Shown: positions 52,141-61,129 of the stretch, in pieces
How the letters are laid out: each line of letters starts with the position of its first letter
How positions within the stretch are numbered: the stretch's first letter is position 1
Source: Nitrosopumilus sp.
Lineage (GTDB): Archaea > Thermoproteota > Nitrososphaeria > Nitrososphaerales > Nitrosopumilaceae
Direction of reading: 5' to 3'
Length of the DNA: 64,000 nt
NCBI GenBank assembly: GCA_965218695.1
Contig: OZ244651.1
Span: 2,336,001 to 2,400,000, forward strand
Position numbers and translations under genes: made by a program
The notes under the pieces: generated by a model
Database searches by the model: none
Seen by the model: only the letters and a program-made list of their open reading frames with translations
What the model was told of the DNA's origin: nothing

Positions 52141-53781
52141 GTAACTGCATAGTTTTTTGATCAAATGTTGAACTCCATGCCTACGCGCGTCTATGCAGTT
52201 TTTTGACGTGGAGCCAGGCCCTCGCGCAGGATCGTGCCAAGATCATCTCCCCTTGCCTTGCATGTCTGCTTGATGCTCATCAGCGTGGCAATGGCATCTG
52301 CACCCTTCTTTGACCTGCTCCCGTTGCTGTTCTTGCGCAGGATGACGCACGGCCTGATGGCCCGCTCTGCCCGGTTGTTGTGGTATTCGACGCCGTCTGT
52401 CTCCAGAAACGCAAACAGGTGGCCTTTTTCCCGCACCAGCCTCTTGCGCATCCTGTTGCAGTGCTTGCAGTCGCGGTCCTTTTCGAGCCTGCCGATAAGT
52501 GACGCAATACGACGATCCAGCCTCTTCTTTGCGGCAAGCGCGTCTGCCCCTCCCGGAACGGCGCCGTCGATGTGCGAGTCCCACAGTATCGCGCGCAGCG
52601 TCCTTGCGTGACGCTTGTAGTCGTAGCCGGGATTCTTGTATTTCAGGGTGTCCTTGATGTCCCGGGCGTAATGAAGGTGGCACTTTTGGTGTTCGGATCC
52701 GATGACGTTCCACGCGGCCCACGAGTCAGACGTGACGCATCCCGGGTAGTCCTTGCCGAGCATCTTTTTTGGAACCTTCGAGTTCCTGTGGCGGTGCACC
52801 TCGTAGATTACGGCGTACCTGGCTACAGCCACCCACAGCCAGTAGTTCGTGCCGTCGACGCGCCAGATTGTCTCGTCCCCGTTTATCGCAGGCGAGTTTC
52901 TTACCTCCTCCTTGATCTTCTCGTACAGCGGCCCGAGCTCCCGGGCCATCCTGCACACCATGCGGTTTATCGCAGATTCCGTGATTCTTGCCGAGTACAT
53001 CATCATGACAATATTGCATATTCTGAGGTCTGACATGCCGTGCAGCCTGAGGATGACCATCATTATCATAAAGTTGATCCCGTACCTGGAGTTTGGCAGT
53101 GCCAGCGGGGTCCTGCCGGACACGGTCCTCTTGCAGTTCCTGCAACGCCTTCTCTTTACTGTCACCTTGATGTGCTTTAGTTCCGTCTTGGCAGCCTCCC
53201 TTACCACCTTTGTGTACGTGGATACGCACTCGGAGAGGTCGGAGCTGCCGCAGTTGTCGCACGTGTGGGGATCTGCCGTCTCCTCTGCGTCTATTCTTTC
53301 AGGACGCGCAAGGCCCGTGCGTTTGTGGTCACTTGGCTTGCCCTTGGCCTTGCCCTTGCCCTTTGCGCGGCGCCGGGTACTGCCGGTCTTTTTGTCCGGT
53401 TTTGCGCCGATGCTCCTTGCAACGGCAGCCGATATGATGCCCTTTGCCTCCTGCAACTCTGCCGTGAGATCCTGGATCTGTTTGAGGGCGGCAGCGTAAA
53501 GATCAGCGAGTTTGGCCATCTGCCGGTCTTTTTCGGCCATCTGCCGGTCTTTTTCGGCCATCTGCTCTGCCATCACACCCACTTTTTCCTCCAGTTCTGC
53601 AATCCTTGACTCGGAATTATCATCAGACATATGCAAACCGTGGGCAACAATGATCTAAAAATTAGGACGGAGAGAAAAACTCGATCAAGTGATCAAAAAT
53701 AGTTTTAAAAAATTAGACAGACGCGGATTTTCTGATTGTAGATATGGAGTTCAACATTTGATCAAAAAACTACACAGATAC
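52141..53781 (-). mobile_element. IS66-family element, copy 2
   Basis: TIRs as in copy 1 (one end reads ATAC instead of TTAC); 8-bp TSD ATATTTTC. Confidence 0.93.
52191..53630 (-). CDS. IS66 transposase, copy 2
   Basis: Near-identical to 41288-42694; NGDET, NNRAERAIRP. Confidence 0.94.
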   Translation of the reverse strand: MSDDNSESRIAELEEKVGVMAEQMAEKDRQMAEKDRQMAKLADLYAAALKQIQDLTAELQEAKGIISAAVARSIGAKPDKKTGSTRRRAKGKGKAKGKPSDHKRTGLARPERIDAEETADPHTCDNCGSSDLSECVSTYTKVVREAAKTELKHIKVTVKRRRCRNCKRTVSGRTPLALPNSRYGINFMIMMVILRLHGMSDLRICNIVMMMYSARITESAINRMVCRMARELGPLYEKIKEEVRNSPAINGDETIWRVDGTNYWLWVAVARYAVIYEVHRHRNSKVPKKMLGKDYPGCVTSDSWAAWNVIGSEHQKCHLHYARDIKDTLKYKNPGYDYKRHARTLRAILWDSHIDGAVPGGADALAAKKRLDRRIASLIGRLEKDRDCKHCNRMRKRLVREKGHLFAFLETDGVEYHNNRAERAIRPCVILRKNSNGSRSKKGADAIATLMSIKQTCKARGDDLGTILREGLAPRQKTA

Positions 53782-53794
53782 ATATTTTCTAATA

Positions 53795-54982
53795 ATGAAA
53801 GTAACAAAATCAGTCTGGCAGTTCCACGACAAGAATGATGAACTGGTCGGTTATTTTGAGGAATTCAGGCGCATCACAAACGAGTCTGTCCGTCTTGGAT
53901 TGGAACGCGGGCTGACTTCAAGAAAATCTTTCCACGAGTCAATATATCCAGAACTAAAAAGTGACTTGTACGCATCTGTCAAACAGTGCGCGATCTATTC
54001 GGCAAAATCCATGTTGAAAGCAATGCGCACGAACAGGAGAAAAGGCAGGAAAGCCGGAACTCCTTACGTCACTGGAAGGGTGTTGAAATTCAACAACCAG
54101 GCATGCAAGATTGCAGGCGGATGCGTGGAGCTGTCGATAAAGGTCGAGACAAGGATAAAAATCAAGCTGTCGTCATACGTGCTAGAAAAAATAGACGGAA
54201 TGAACCTGGGAGGAATCACTGTCACTCCGAATAAGATAATATTATCGTATTCTAAAAAAATCGAAGAAAAAACTCCCACAGGATACATTGGAATAGACAT
54301 GAATTTTGACAACGTGACTACGTGCAACACTGACGACAGGATAACCAAGCACGACCTGTCAAACGTTGGCAAGATAAAACATAGATGCAGGGAAACAGTC
54401 TCGCATTTCAAGCGAAATGACTACAGGATAAGAAAAAAGATAGCCGGCAAGTACGGCAGGATTGGAAAAAACAGGACGAATGACATCCTGCACAAGACCA
54501 GCAAGAGAATAATCGAAGCCGGACACGTTCCGGTTAGGGAAGATTTGGAAGGAATTTCAAAACTGTGGAACAAGAAAAACAAGAGGGGAAAGAATGTCAA
54601 CTTCCGGGGCAAGAACTGGAGATATTACGAACTTGGAAGACAGCTGGACTACAAAGCCAGATGGAACGGAATCGTTCCAATAAAGATAAATCCAAAAGGC
54701 ACAAGCTCGAAATGCGCGGGATGTGGTGGAAAGATGTCAAACGCCGAAGAGCGCAGAATGGTGCGATGCCCTGTAGGAAACATCACGGTAGACCGTGACA
54801 AGCACGCAAGTATCAACATACTTGCACGAGGCCTGAAGGTCGGGCCCGTAGGATCCGCAAGTGAAGCGATGGGGATGGATAGCCACGAGAGGATAAGTCT
54901 CATGGTGAAGAATTCAGTCGATGCGGATCAGTTGGCAAATTGCAGATCACGGCGGTTAACAGCCGTCAGCAGATCTCGATGA
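53795..54982 (+). CDS. tnpB: TnpB (Cas12f-like) RNA-guided endonuclease
   Basis: RuvC-I GIDMN, LHKTSKRII, RuvC-II REDL, QLDYKA, TSSKCAGCG and RuvC-III DRDKHASINIL. The second Zn knuckle reads CPVG. Confidence 0.93.
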   Translation: MKVTKSVWQFHDKNDELVGYFEEFRRITNESVRLGLERGLTSRKSFHESIYPELKSDLYASVKQCAIYSAKSMLKAMRTNRRKGRKAGTPYVTGRVLKFNNQACKIAGGCVELSIKVETRIKIKLSSYVLEKIDGMNLGGITVTPNKIILSYSKKIEEKTPTGYIGIDMNFDNVTTCNTDDRITKHDLSNVGKIKHRCRETVSHFKRNDYRIRKKIAGKYGRIGKNRTNDILHKTSKRIIEAGHVPVREDLEGISKLWNKKNKRGKNVNFRGKNWRYYELGRQLDYKARWNGIVPIKINPKGTSSKCAGCGGKMSNAEERRMVRCPVGNITVDRDKHASINILARGLKVGPVGSASEAMGMDSHERISLMVKNSVDADQLANCRSRRLTAVSRSR

Positions 54983-54994
54983 GTTAACAGAACC
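54830..54994 (+). ncRNA. Putative omega/reRNA scaffold overlapping the tnpB 3' end and right TIR
   Basis: Stems GGCCTGA/TCGGGCC, GATCCGCA/TGCGGATC, CCACGAGA/TCTCATGG, ACGGC/GCCGT and AGATC/GATCT at the position expected for TnpB guide RNAs. Boundaries inferred. Confidence 0.6.
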
Positions 54995-55045
54995 TGAATT
55001 ATCAGAAATGGGTCAGGGTGTTGTGGCTGGCAAGACACGGTTCTG

Positions 55046-55480
55046 TTAGGCCAGCAGATTGGTGTTTGGCACAACCCTGAAGATGTGCACGGAGTAGTCC
55101 CCCGAGAAGAGGTTTACGTACTCCCCAGTCAGGGCGTCAAGGTTTCTGACTCGGAATATGTACTCGTACGAGCCGTCATCGAGCGGATCGACTTGCGCGG
55201 TGTGGACTAGATCCACATTTTGATAAAACTGGATTACTACCGCATAGCCGTCAACATGTTCGGACGGTTCCCCGCTGACTGCCCCCCAGGGATGCGTGTT
55301 GGTCAGGGGGATGTTCATTGGTATGACAGTCTTTTCCATGCTGATCTCCTCGTTTAGCGGAACGACTGTGACAGTCCCGACATTTGGTTCTGCAGACACG
55401 ATTGCCGGAATGCCGATCATGCCAAGTACGGCCATTGCAGAGACAGTCATGAGAAGACCCGATGTTATCATTGTTAGCAT
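55046..55480 (-). CDS. Secreted hypothetical protein
   Basis: Signal peptide and a beta-rich domain; TATA (atttatttaa) upstream. Confidence 0.75.
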   Translation of the reverse strand: MLTMITSGLLMTVSAMAVLGMIGIPAIVSAEPNVGTVTVVPLNEEISMEKTVIPMNIPLTNTHPWGAVSGEPSEHVDGYAVVIQFYQNVDLVHTAQVDPLDDGSYEYIFRVRNLDALTGEYVNLFSGDYSVHIFRVVPNTNLLA

Positions 55481-55524
55481 GGATTGTACCGTTGAGGCTT
55501 AAATAAATTTCTGCAAATCAATCA

Positions 55525-55656
55525 TCATGGAATCTCGTCTTCAATATCAGAGCATGCCTTGTGAACCCATTGGTTCTTGGAGTTCTTTGCTATCTCCCTG
55601 CCGGTCTTTATCGCATCCCCGCATTCTATGCATTTTCCGTTGAACCGCGCCTTCAT
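55525..55656 (-). CDS. Small zinc-finger protein
   Basis: MKARFNGKCIECG...WVHKAC; start ATG 55656. Confidence 0.75.
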   Translation of the reverse strand: MKARFNGKCIECGDAIKTGREIAKNSKNQWVHKACSDIEDEIP

Positions 55657-55835
55657 CAGAATTCCATGAAACGTCTCTGCTTTTAAAGTTGGCTTATCCC
55701 AAATGCATGCCTGCAAAGACAGCCAATGGTGTGCAGTTGGGACACGGACGCTAATGCTGCTGCTGTTGCTGTTGCTGCTGCCACAGGCTACCCCACGTAA
55801 CGAGTCTTTTTATAGCACTCTTCAAGCAAAACACC

Positions 55836-56378
55836 GTGCAACAAACACATTACAACAAACTCAGCCTTGTAATGCTGGGCCTTGTCGTGTTTTGCTCGGT
55901 CGTCGCATCCTTGGTCGTGGTCTTCTTTTTAGCTCCGATGGTGATTTATGGCGGCGGGCCGTTCGGAATGGGCGCACCCCCGGATATTCCGGATGATGTG
56001 CTGCAGGATCTAAAGGATGAGATTTACGCACTAGAGTCCGTAACCACGTTCAAAGAGACGCATCCAAGTTACAGGGAGCACCTTGAGGAGCACTATGGTG
56101 TGGAATATGTCATACAGGCCAGAAATTCAAACACGGGCAACATATTATCGCTAATGATCAACTATCATCCCCTGGGGCCTCCCGGAAGCACCGACGAATT
56201 CCAAAGCAACTCCCACCTGGAATGCATTCCGGGAGAAGGAATTTTGGGACCCGAAAGCATGATGATGCAAAGCATGTTCAGGGGCATGGGCGGGGAGGAT
56301 CTGTTCATTCACGAGACAATCAAGGCTACAAACTGCCTTGATGACGATTGGGAGCCGGTCATGGTCACCGACAGGTAG
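55836..56378 (+). CDS. Membrane-anchored hypothetical protein
   Basis: N-terminal TM helix and an acidic external domain with two Cys. Confidence 0.7.
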   Translation: MQQTHYNKLSLVMLGLVVFCSVVASLVVVFFLAPMVIYGGGPFGMGAPPDIPDDVLQDLKDEIYALESVTTFKETHPSYREHLEEHYGVEYVIQARNSNTGNILSLMINYHPLGPPGSTDEFQSNSHLECIPGEGILGPESMMMQSMFRGMGGEDLFIHETIKATNCLDDDWEPVMVTDR

Positions 56379-56664
56379 TCACGAGGGCGCCGATCTAATT
56401 CCCCAAATCCCGCTTACGCATTTCCAGCCGATGATCAGAACGCATACTGTTAGGACAAATTACGGGATCAACAAATGGGGAAAGACACTTTGATCAGAAC
56501 AAACCGCTCCATCTATGAACCAAAAAAGGTTACTTGGACTAGTCTGTTGCCAACCTGTTGAACATGTGATGGCCCTGCCCGCCCACCACGTGTGACGGGT
56601 TATCATGTGGTCAACAAACTAACAGGCGGCATCACTTTAAATCATATCTGCGTGTAACGGTATC

Positions 56665-57066
56665 ATGAATTACCCGGTACTGATTTATGACAATCTGTGC
56701 TCTCCCTGTACGGATTATGCCAGGTTGGTCAACAGCATTCTCAACGGCAGGATCACGATGATTGGGCACTACACCAAGCAGGGAACAGAGTTCAAGCAGG
56801 AAATATTTCCCAATGGGTATGACGGCCTGGAGATGTCGTGGTTTGTGACTGAGGCCAAGGCATACGGGGGAAGCAGGGGGCTGTGGCAGTTAATCATGTA
56901 TGTGTTTTCGGCAAAGCATGATGATGATGAAAGGTTTCCGGAGAATGTCTTTGATCTCGGCGCATGCTCTGCAGAGTGCAGCAGCATCAGGGGGATGGCA
57001 GTCAGGACACGCAGCATCATCGTTGATGGCGCAGTCATAGAGAGAAGGGATCGCCTGCAGAAATAA
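56665..57066 (+). CDS. DCC-family (DUF393-like) thiol-disulfide oxidoreductase-like protein
   Basis: N-terminal LIYDNLCSPC (DxxCxxC). Confidence 0.65.
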   Translation: MNYPVLIYDNLCSPCTDYARLVNSILNGRITMIGHYTKQGTEFKQEIFPNGYDGLEMSWFVTEAKAYGGSRGLWQLIMYVFSAKHDDDERFPENVFDLGACSAECSSIRGMAVRTRSIIVDGAVIERRDRLQK

Positions 57067-57158
57067 TGCCGGACATTAGTCACCCTTGGCAGCAGGCGTC
57101 AAATTCGGATGGTATGGGTTCCATTGAACAAGATGTTTTGGCCGCCACGCACGCACCC

Positions 57159-58802
57159 TCAGGAGGCGCGGCGCGTCTTGCCGGCTGCCTGCCTGCGCAT
57201 CTGCATTGCCGCTGCTACCGGTGCTGCCACATAGATGCCTGCATTCAAAAGTATTACAGATACCCCCAGGGCAAGTATTTCTGCATCCGTGCCTCCGTCG
57301 GCTGCACCCATTATTGGGAGCGTTAGGATCATTGGCAGGATGAGTGCCCTTACAGCTTCGCGCACCGCCGGATGCTCCCGTACCATGTCTGCCACTGCCG
57401 GTGAGAATGAGTAATAGGCCGAGTTGAAGGCGGCCATGAACGCGGCTCCCGATTCTGTGTTCAGCAGGTGTTCGTCCCTTATCTCGCGCAGCATCTGAAT
57501 CTGCGGCGCAAGCTCAGTGCCGTACACCGCGGTAGCCACAAGGCATCCGCCTCCGTCCTTGGGTACTGCGGGTTCTGCAAAGGCTGCAGAGCCCTTGGGG
57601 CCTATCCGATATATTGTGTTCTCCACATGGCTTATCATATACAAGAGGCCGTCAGAGCCCATCTCCATGTCTGTAATGCATCCAAACCCCGTACCGATGA
57701 TTATCTCATCTTGGGAGTCCTCTAGGCCTGCCACCGTATCCTGCAGATCAGGGCTGGAGAAGACAAACCCGTCGCGTTCCGGGTTCAGTTGGAACCTGTA
57801 GAGGTGGCTGTTGTTGCAGTCCCCCACAAAGATTGAATCGTTGTACGCATCAGTATCTGCAAAATCTGCAAACTCGATGGCGGCAGGCGCCACAGTCCTT
57901 ACCCAGCTGAACTTTGGATCCTGATACCTGTAATCCTCGTACCCTATGAATTCTGCCAACTCCTCATCGGTTGCAGGACCCATTATTGCATTCCATCCAC
58001 TGTTAAATCCGTCAGGCACCATGTTTACCTCGTCAAAGTCATCATCGCCATTCTCCGTGGCCCACATCATGCCCGTGACCGGGTCTATGGCAAGGCCAAA
58101 GCTATTCCTTATGCCAACTGCGTAATACGGTCCTTCAGGCTCCACCCGCAGTATCACGCTCGTGTCCAGATAGTCGGTGATTCCGGGAGGGAAAAGATAC
58201 TCCAGAGGCTTGTTCTGCAGCGGTCCGTACCTTCCAGTGTCCCCTATGACTGCATACACCTGATCGTCGGGGCCGGTGAGCATCACCCCGCTGTTGTGAT
58301 ACAGGTTTGCGGGAAGCTCCTTTACCAGAACCGGGTCTTTGAGGCGTTCCCCGTCCCACACATAGCTGTATATCCTGTTCACCCTCTCGACTTCGCTGTC
58401 CACGGTTGCAGTATAGTAGATGTATACGGTGGAGCCGACTGATGTGATCCCAAGCAGGCCAGATTCCCGGATCGGTTGAGTTTCCACAAACAGGACCGGT
58501 TCCTTTTGTAACACCCCGTCTCGTATCAGTCTGACCTTCCCGCCCTTTTGCAGAACCAGCAGCTCGTCGTCACTGACGAATTCCATACTAGTCACCCCGC
58601 AACAGAGATCAGACACAAAGACATCAAATTCCAGCCCGGGATCGTTGATGGCCGGTTCGGCATACGCGATTCCCCCTACGCCTACTGCAAAGGCCGCCGG
58701 CAGCAACAGCAGCAGAAGAAGGAGAACATGCATGACAATCCTTTGTGTGTGATTATAAAAAGATCCACAATCCAAGACGGGTGCCCGTGCAGGGCCCGTC
58801 AT
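57159..58802 (-). CDS. PQQ-dependent glucose/sorbosone dehydrogenase-like protein with CFI-box-CTERM domain
   Basis: ESGLLGIT, HNSG, YAVGIRNSFGL, ENGDDDFDEVN and NSGW; C-terminal GGGCLVATAVYG..LREIRD. Start is probably the Met near 58733. Confidence 0.88.
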   Translation of the reverse strand: MTGPARAPVLDCGSFYNHTQRIVMHVLLLLLLLLPAAFAVGVGGIAYAEPAINDPGLEFDVFVSDLCCGVTSMEFVSDDELLVLQKGGKVRLIRDGVLQKEPVLFVETQPIRESGLLGITSVGSTVYIYYTATVDSEVERVNRIYSYVWDGERLKDPVLVKELPANLYHNSGVMLTGPDDQVYAVIGDTGRYGPLQNKPLEYLFPPGITDYLDTSVILRVEPEGPYYAVGIRNSFGLAIDPVTGMMWATENGDDDFDEVNMVPDGFNSGWNAIMGPATDEELAEFIGYEDYRYQDPKFSWVRTVAPAAIEFADFADTDAYNDSIFVGDCNNSHLYRFQLNPERDGFVFSSPDLQDTVAGLEDSQDEIIIGTGFGCITDMEMGSDGLLYMISHVENTIYRIGPKGSAAFAEPAVPKDGGGCLVATAVYGTELAPQIQMLREIRDEHLLNTESGAAFMAAFNSAYYSFSPAVADMVREHPAVREAVRALILPMILTLPIMGAADGGTDAEILALGVSVILLNAGIYVAAPVAAAMQMRRQAAGKTRRAS

Positions 58803-59845
58803 TCAAGTGCAGGACGGTTATAGGTGAGTGGACTTGAATTCAAAGCGGACCCTAGGCCAATCACCTGAACATCCAACATACGCTAGTTGTTCGTGCCGAA
58901 GATGTCTTCGGTGGCAGTTACGTTGACGACGTATGATGGCTGGCTTGGCGGCATCATTATTTTCAGGACGGTGCCATCCATCTCAAAGAAACCAGAGTCC
59001 CCGCCGGAGCCTATGCCGTATGTGGGGTTCTGCCGGTCAAGGAATGTATTCTGTGCGGCAATGTTGCCGACGATTCCAGTGGGGTCATCATGATTGATAG
59101 CAGAATCATCAAGTGTGATGTACCAGCTCCCCAGGTTTTGGTTGAAGGAGAATGCATTATGGAACATTGAGGATATGTCAGATACAGACAAGGCATCCTG
59201 GGATGTTTTCCACACTCGAGACGTCCCACGATGAGACGTCGCCGTTGAAGGGAGTATTACTGAACATCGCACCCATGTTTTCCACGCTCGAGGCGTCCCA
59301 CGATGAGGCGTCGCCGTTGAAGGGAGATCCTTCGAACATGTGTTCCATGCCTCTCACGTTCGAGACGTCCCATCCAGAGACATCGCCATTAAAGGCAGAC
59401 CATTGAAACATGGCACTCATGTCAGTCACCCCGGATAGATCCGGAGCGTCTGTCGCGTGATACGTGAACGTTGTCCACCTGAACGCAGATGCCATCGACT
59501 CCCATCAGACGTCACCCCACTGGTCAATTGATATCAGTTTGCCGGCGTTGTCCTGGTCTTCGCCAAGCAGGATACTCGTAAAGTTGCCCGATATGCGGAC
59601 GGCGTATTCTCCGGCATTTTCGTACGTGTGGCTCTGGTCTCCCGTGACGTCAGCAGACACGCTGCCGTCGCCCCAATCCACCGTGTAGGCACCTGTCGCG
59701 CCCCCCACCGGGATGGCTATGGACTCGTTTGGCGAGATGGTCCTCCACGTGGTGACAAACGGCATGTCGCCGGGGTTTTCTGTGTCGGTACTGCCAACCT
59801 CCGGTTTCCCTGATGCCTCTGTCTGTTTGGCAAGGGGCGTGTCAC
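58799..59845 (-). pseudogene. Degraded PKD + DUF285/BspA-type surface protein
   Basis: FVTTW, TVDWGDG and FNGDVSSWDVSSV repeats. In-frame TGA at 59505-59507, frameshift near 59200, TAG at 58883-58885. Confidence 0.85.
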
Positions 59846-61119
59846 TCAACCTCAGGCAGTAGCACGAACCCGCGCTGTTCCAGTGCCGCCGTTGATCCTG
59901 CAAAGACACACGCAGGCAACCCGGACGGCGATGCCATCAAGACGCGCCCGTCGTCGCCGCAGACGATCTCGTTTAACGGTACTCCGTCGCGCGCCTGCCG
60001 GAGGGGCGCGGGGATTGGATCTGCATTCGCTTCAAACCCTGCGGCAACGGCGCCGAACCCGGGAACCGCGTTGGCAAGCACCACATTCTCACCCACCGGG
60101 CCTCCCAGCGGCTCTTCAGACCCGTACCCGCCAAACGTGATGGAGACATCGACAGGGTCGTCAGGGTACAACGGTGTCGTCGCGTGCGTTTCCTTCCCGC
60201 CTGCGATGTGCCCGCCGTCTTCTTCCAAGACGATCCTGTCGTTTTGTGTCACCGTGATCGAATAGTTGGCAAACGGGTCGTCAAACGAGACACCGATTCC
60301 CATCCTCTTGCCCTCCTGCGGTTGGGTGGTCCATACGTCTACTGTGGTGCCGTCGCTAAGCACTCCGGTTGCAGACAGATGGTTTGTCGGCATGTCTTGG
60401 TAGAGTCTCGGGGAGCGGTCTATGGCGTTTATGCTTGCGGCGATGTAGGCAGCATCGTCTGTCTTGGTGTCTCGTAGTTCCATATCGATATCTATGGCCA
60501 GAAATATGCCCGAATCATGATCGTAATAGTAAGACTCTGACAAGTCAAGACTCATATCATCGGTAACGAAGATATCAGATCCCTCAAAATAATTCATCAT
60601 CTCGAGATCAGGGGTGACATGCACCCCGACAAACGTCATTTTTGTCACAAGCCGCCCTTCGAACTCGCTGCCCACCTCGAGGCCAGCAGGCATTACAAGG
60701 CTGCCGGGGCTAAACGCTCCAAGATCAACTGATTCGGGATTGCGGCTTATCTCACGCCCATCTGCCATTATGCTGACCTCAAGCGTGACTGCGCTGCCGG
60801 ATATGTCAGATACCGCGTATTTGATCCACTCAGTATTGGCAATGTCATATCCAATCAGGCCAAACGGAGACTGTCCAAGTATGTCTACCCCATCTCTTGC
60901 GATATCCCCTACTCTCCCGTCTCCGTCCGCATGGATCAACACTTGGTACTTTATCCAGTCTCCTACCATCAGGGGCGTTGAGGCGGATTCCGCAGCAGCC
61001 TCGAATCCTGCAATGGACAACGCAGATATCGCTACTGCCAGTGCCAACATCGCAACCGTTCTCACGGGGGTTGTTTGAATTGGACGATACTTAAGTTTCA
61101 GACAGAACGCATGCTGCAT
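59842..61119 (-). CDS. Secreted hypothetical protein ending in the shared Cys module; possibly the N-part of the DUF285 pseudogene
   Basis: Signal peptide (start probably MLALAV near 61050); C-terminal PLRQARDGVPLNEIVC..SPSGLPACVF. Confidence 0.7.
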   Translation of the reverse strand: MQHAFCLKLKYRPIQTTPVRTVAMLALAVAISALSIAGFEAAAESASTPLMVGDWIKYQVLIHADGDGRVGDIARDGVDILGQSPFGLIGYDIANTEWIKYAVSDISGSAVTLEVSIMADGREISRNPESVDLGAFSPGSLVMPAGLEVGSEFEGRLVTKMTFVGVHVTPDLEMMNYFEGSDIFVTDDMSLDLSESYYYDHDSGIFLAIDIDMELRDTKTDDAAYIAASINAIDRSPRLYQDMPTNHLSATGVLSDGTTVDVWTTQPQEGKRMGIGVSFDDPFANYSITVTQNDRIVLEEDGGHIAGGKETHATTPLYPDDPVDVSITFGGYGSEEPLGGPVGENVVLANAVPGFGAVAAGFEANADPIPAPLRQARDGVPLNEIVCGDDGRVLMASPSGLPACVFAGSTAALEQRGFVLLPEVE

Positions 61120-61129
61120 ATCCCGCCGC

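Larger units (their letters stand above)
50594..53790 (-). mobile_element. IS5-type element copy 2 (contains IS66 copy 2 inside its terminal repeat)
   Basis: Same ends as 21113-22596; AAT duplication at 50591-50593 and 53791-53793. Confidence 0.9.
50415..54994 (+). mobile_element. TIR-bounded non-autonomous element carrying only tnpB (native about 1380 bp), with nested ISs
   Basis: 52-bp TIRs at 50415-50466 and 54943-54994 (46/52 identical); TSD TGAATTAT at 50407-50414 and 54995-55002. Confidence 0.88.

Noticed and set aside
55039-55048. Extra GGTTCTGTTA just downstream of the TnpB element
   Set aside because: Only 10 nt, no partner or TSD, and it overlaps the stop codon of the next gene; treated as chance.
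53795-55200. Type V-F CRISPR-Cas (Cas12f/Cas14) interpretation of the TnpB-like gene
   Set aside because: No repeat-spacer array and no cas1/cas2/cas4 anywhere in the window; the gene is enclosed by transposon ends.
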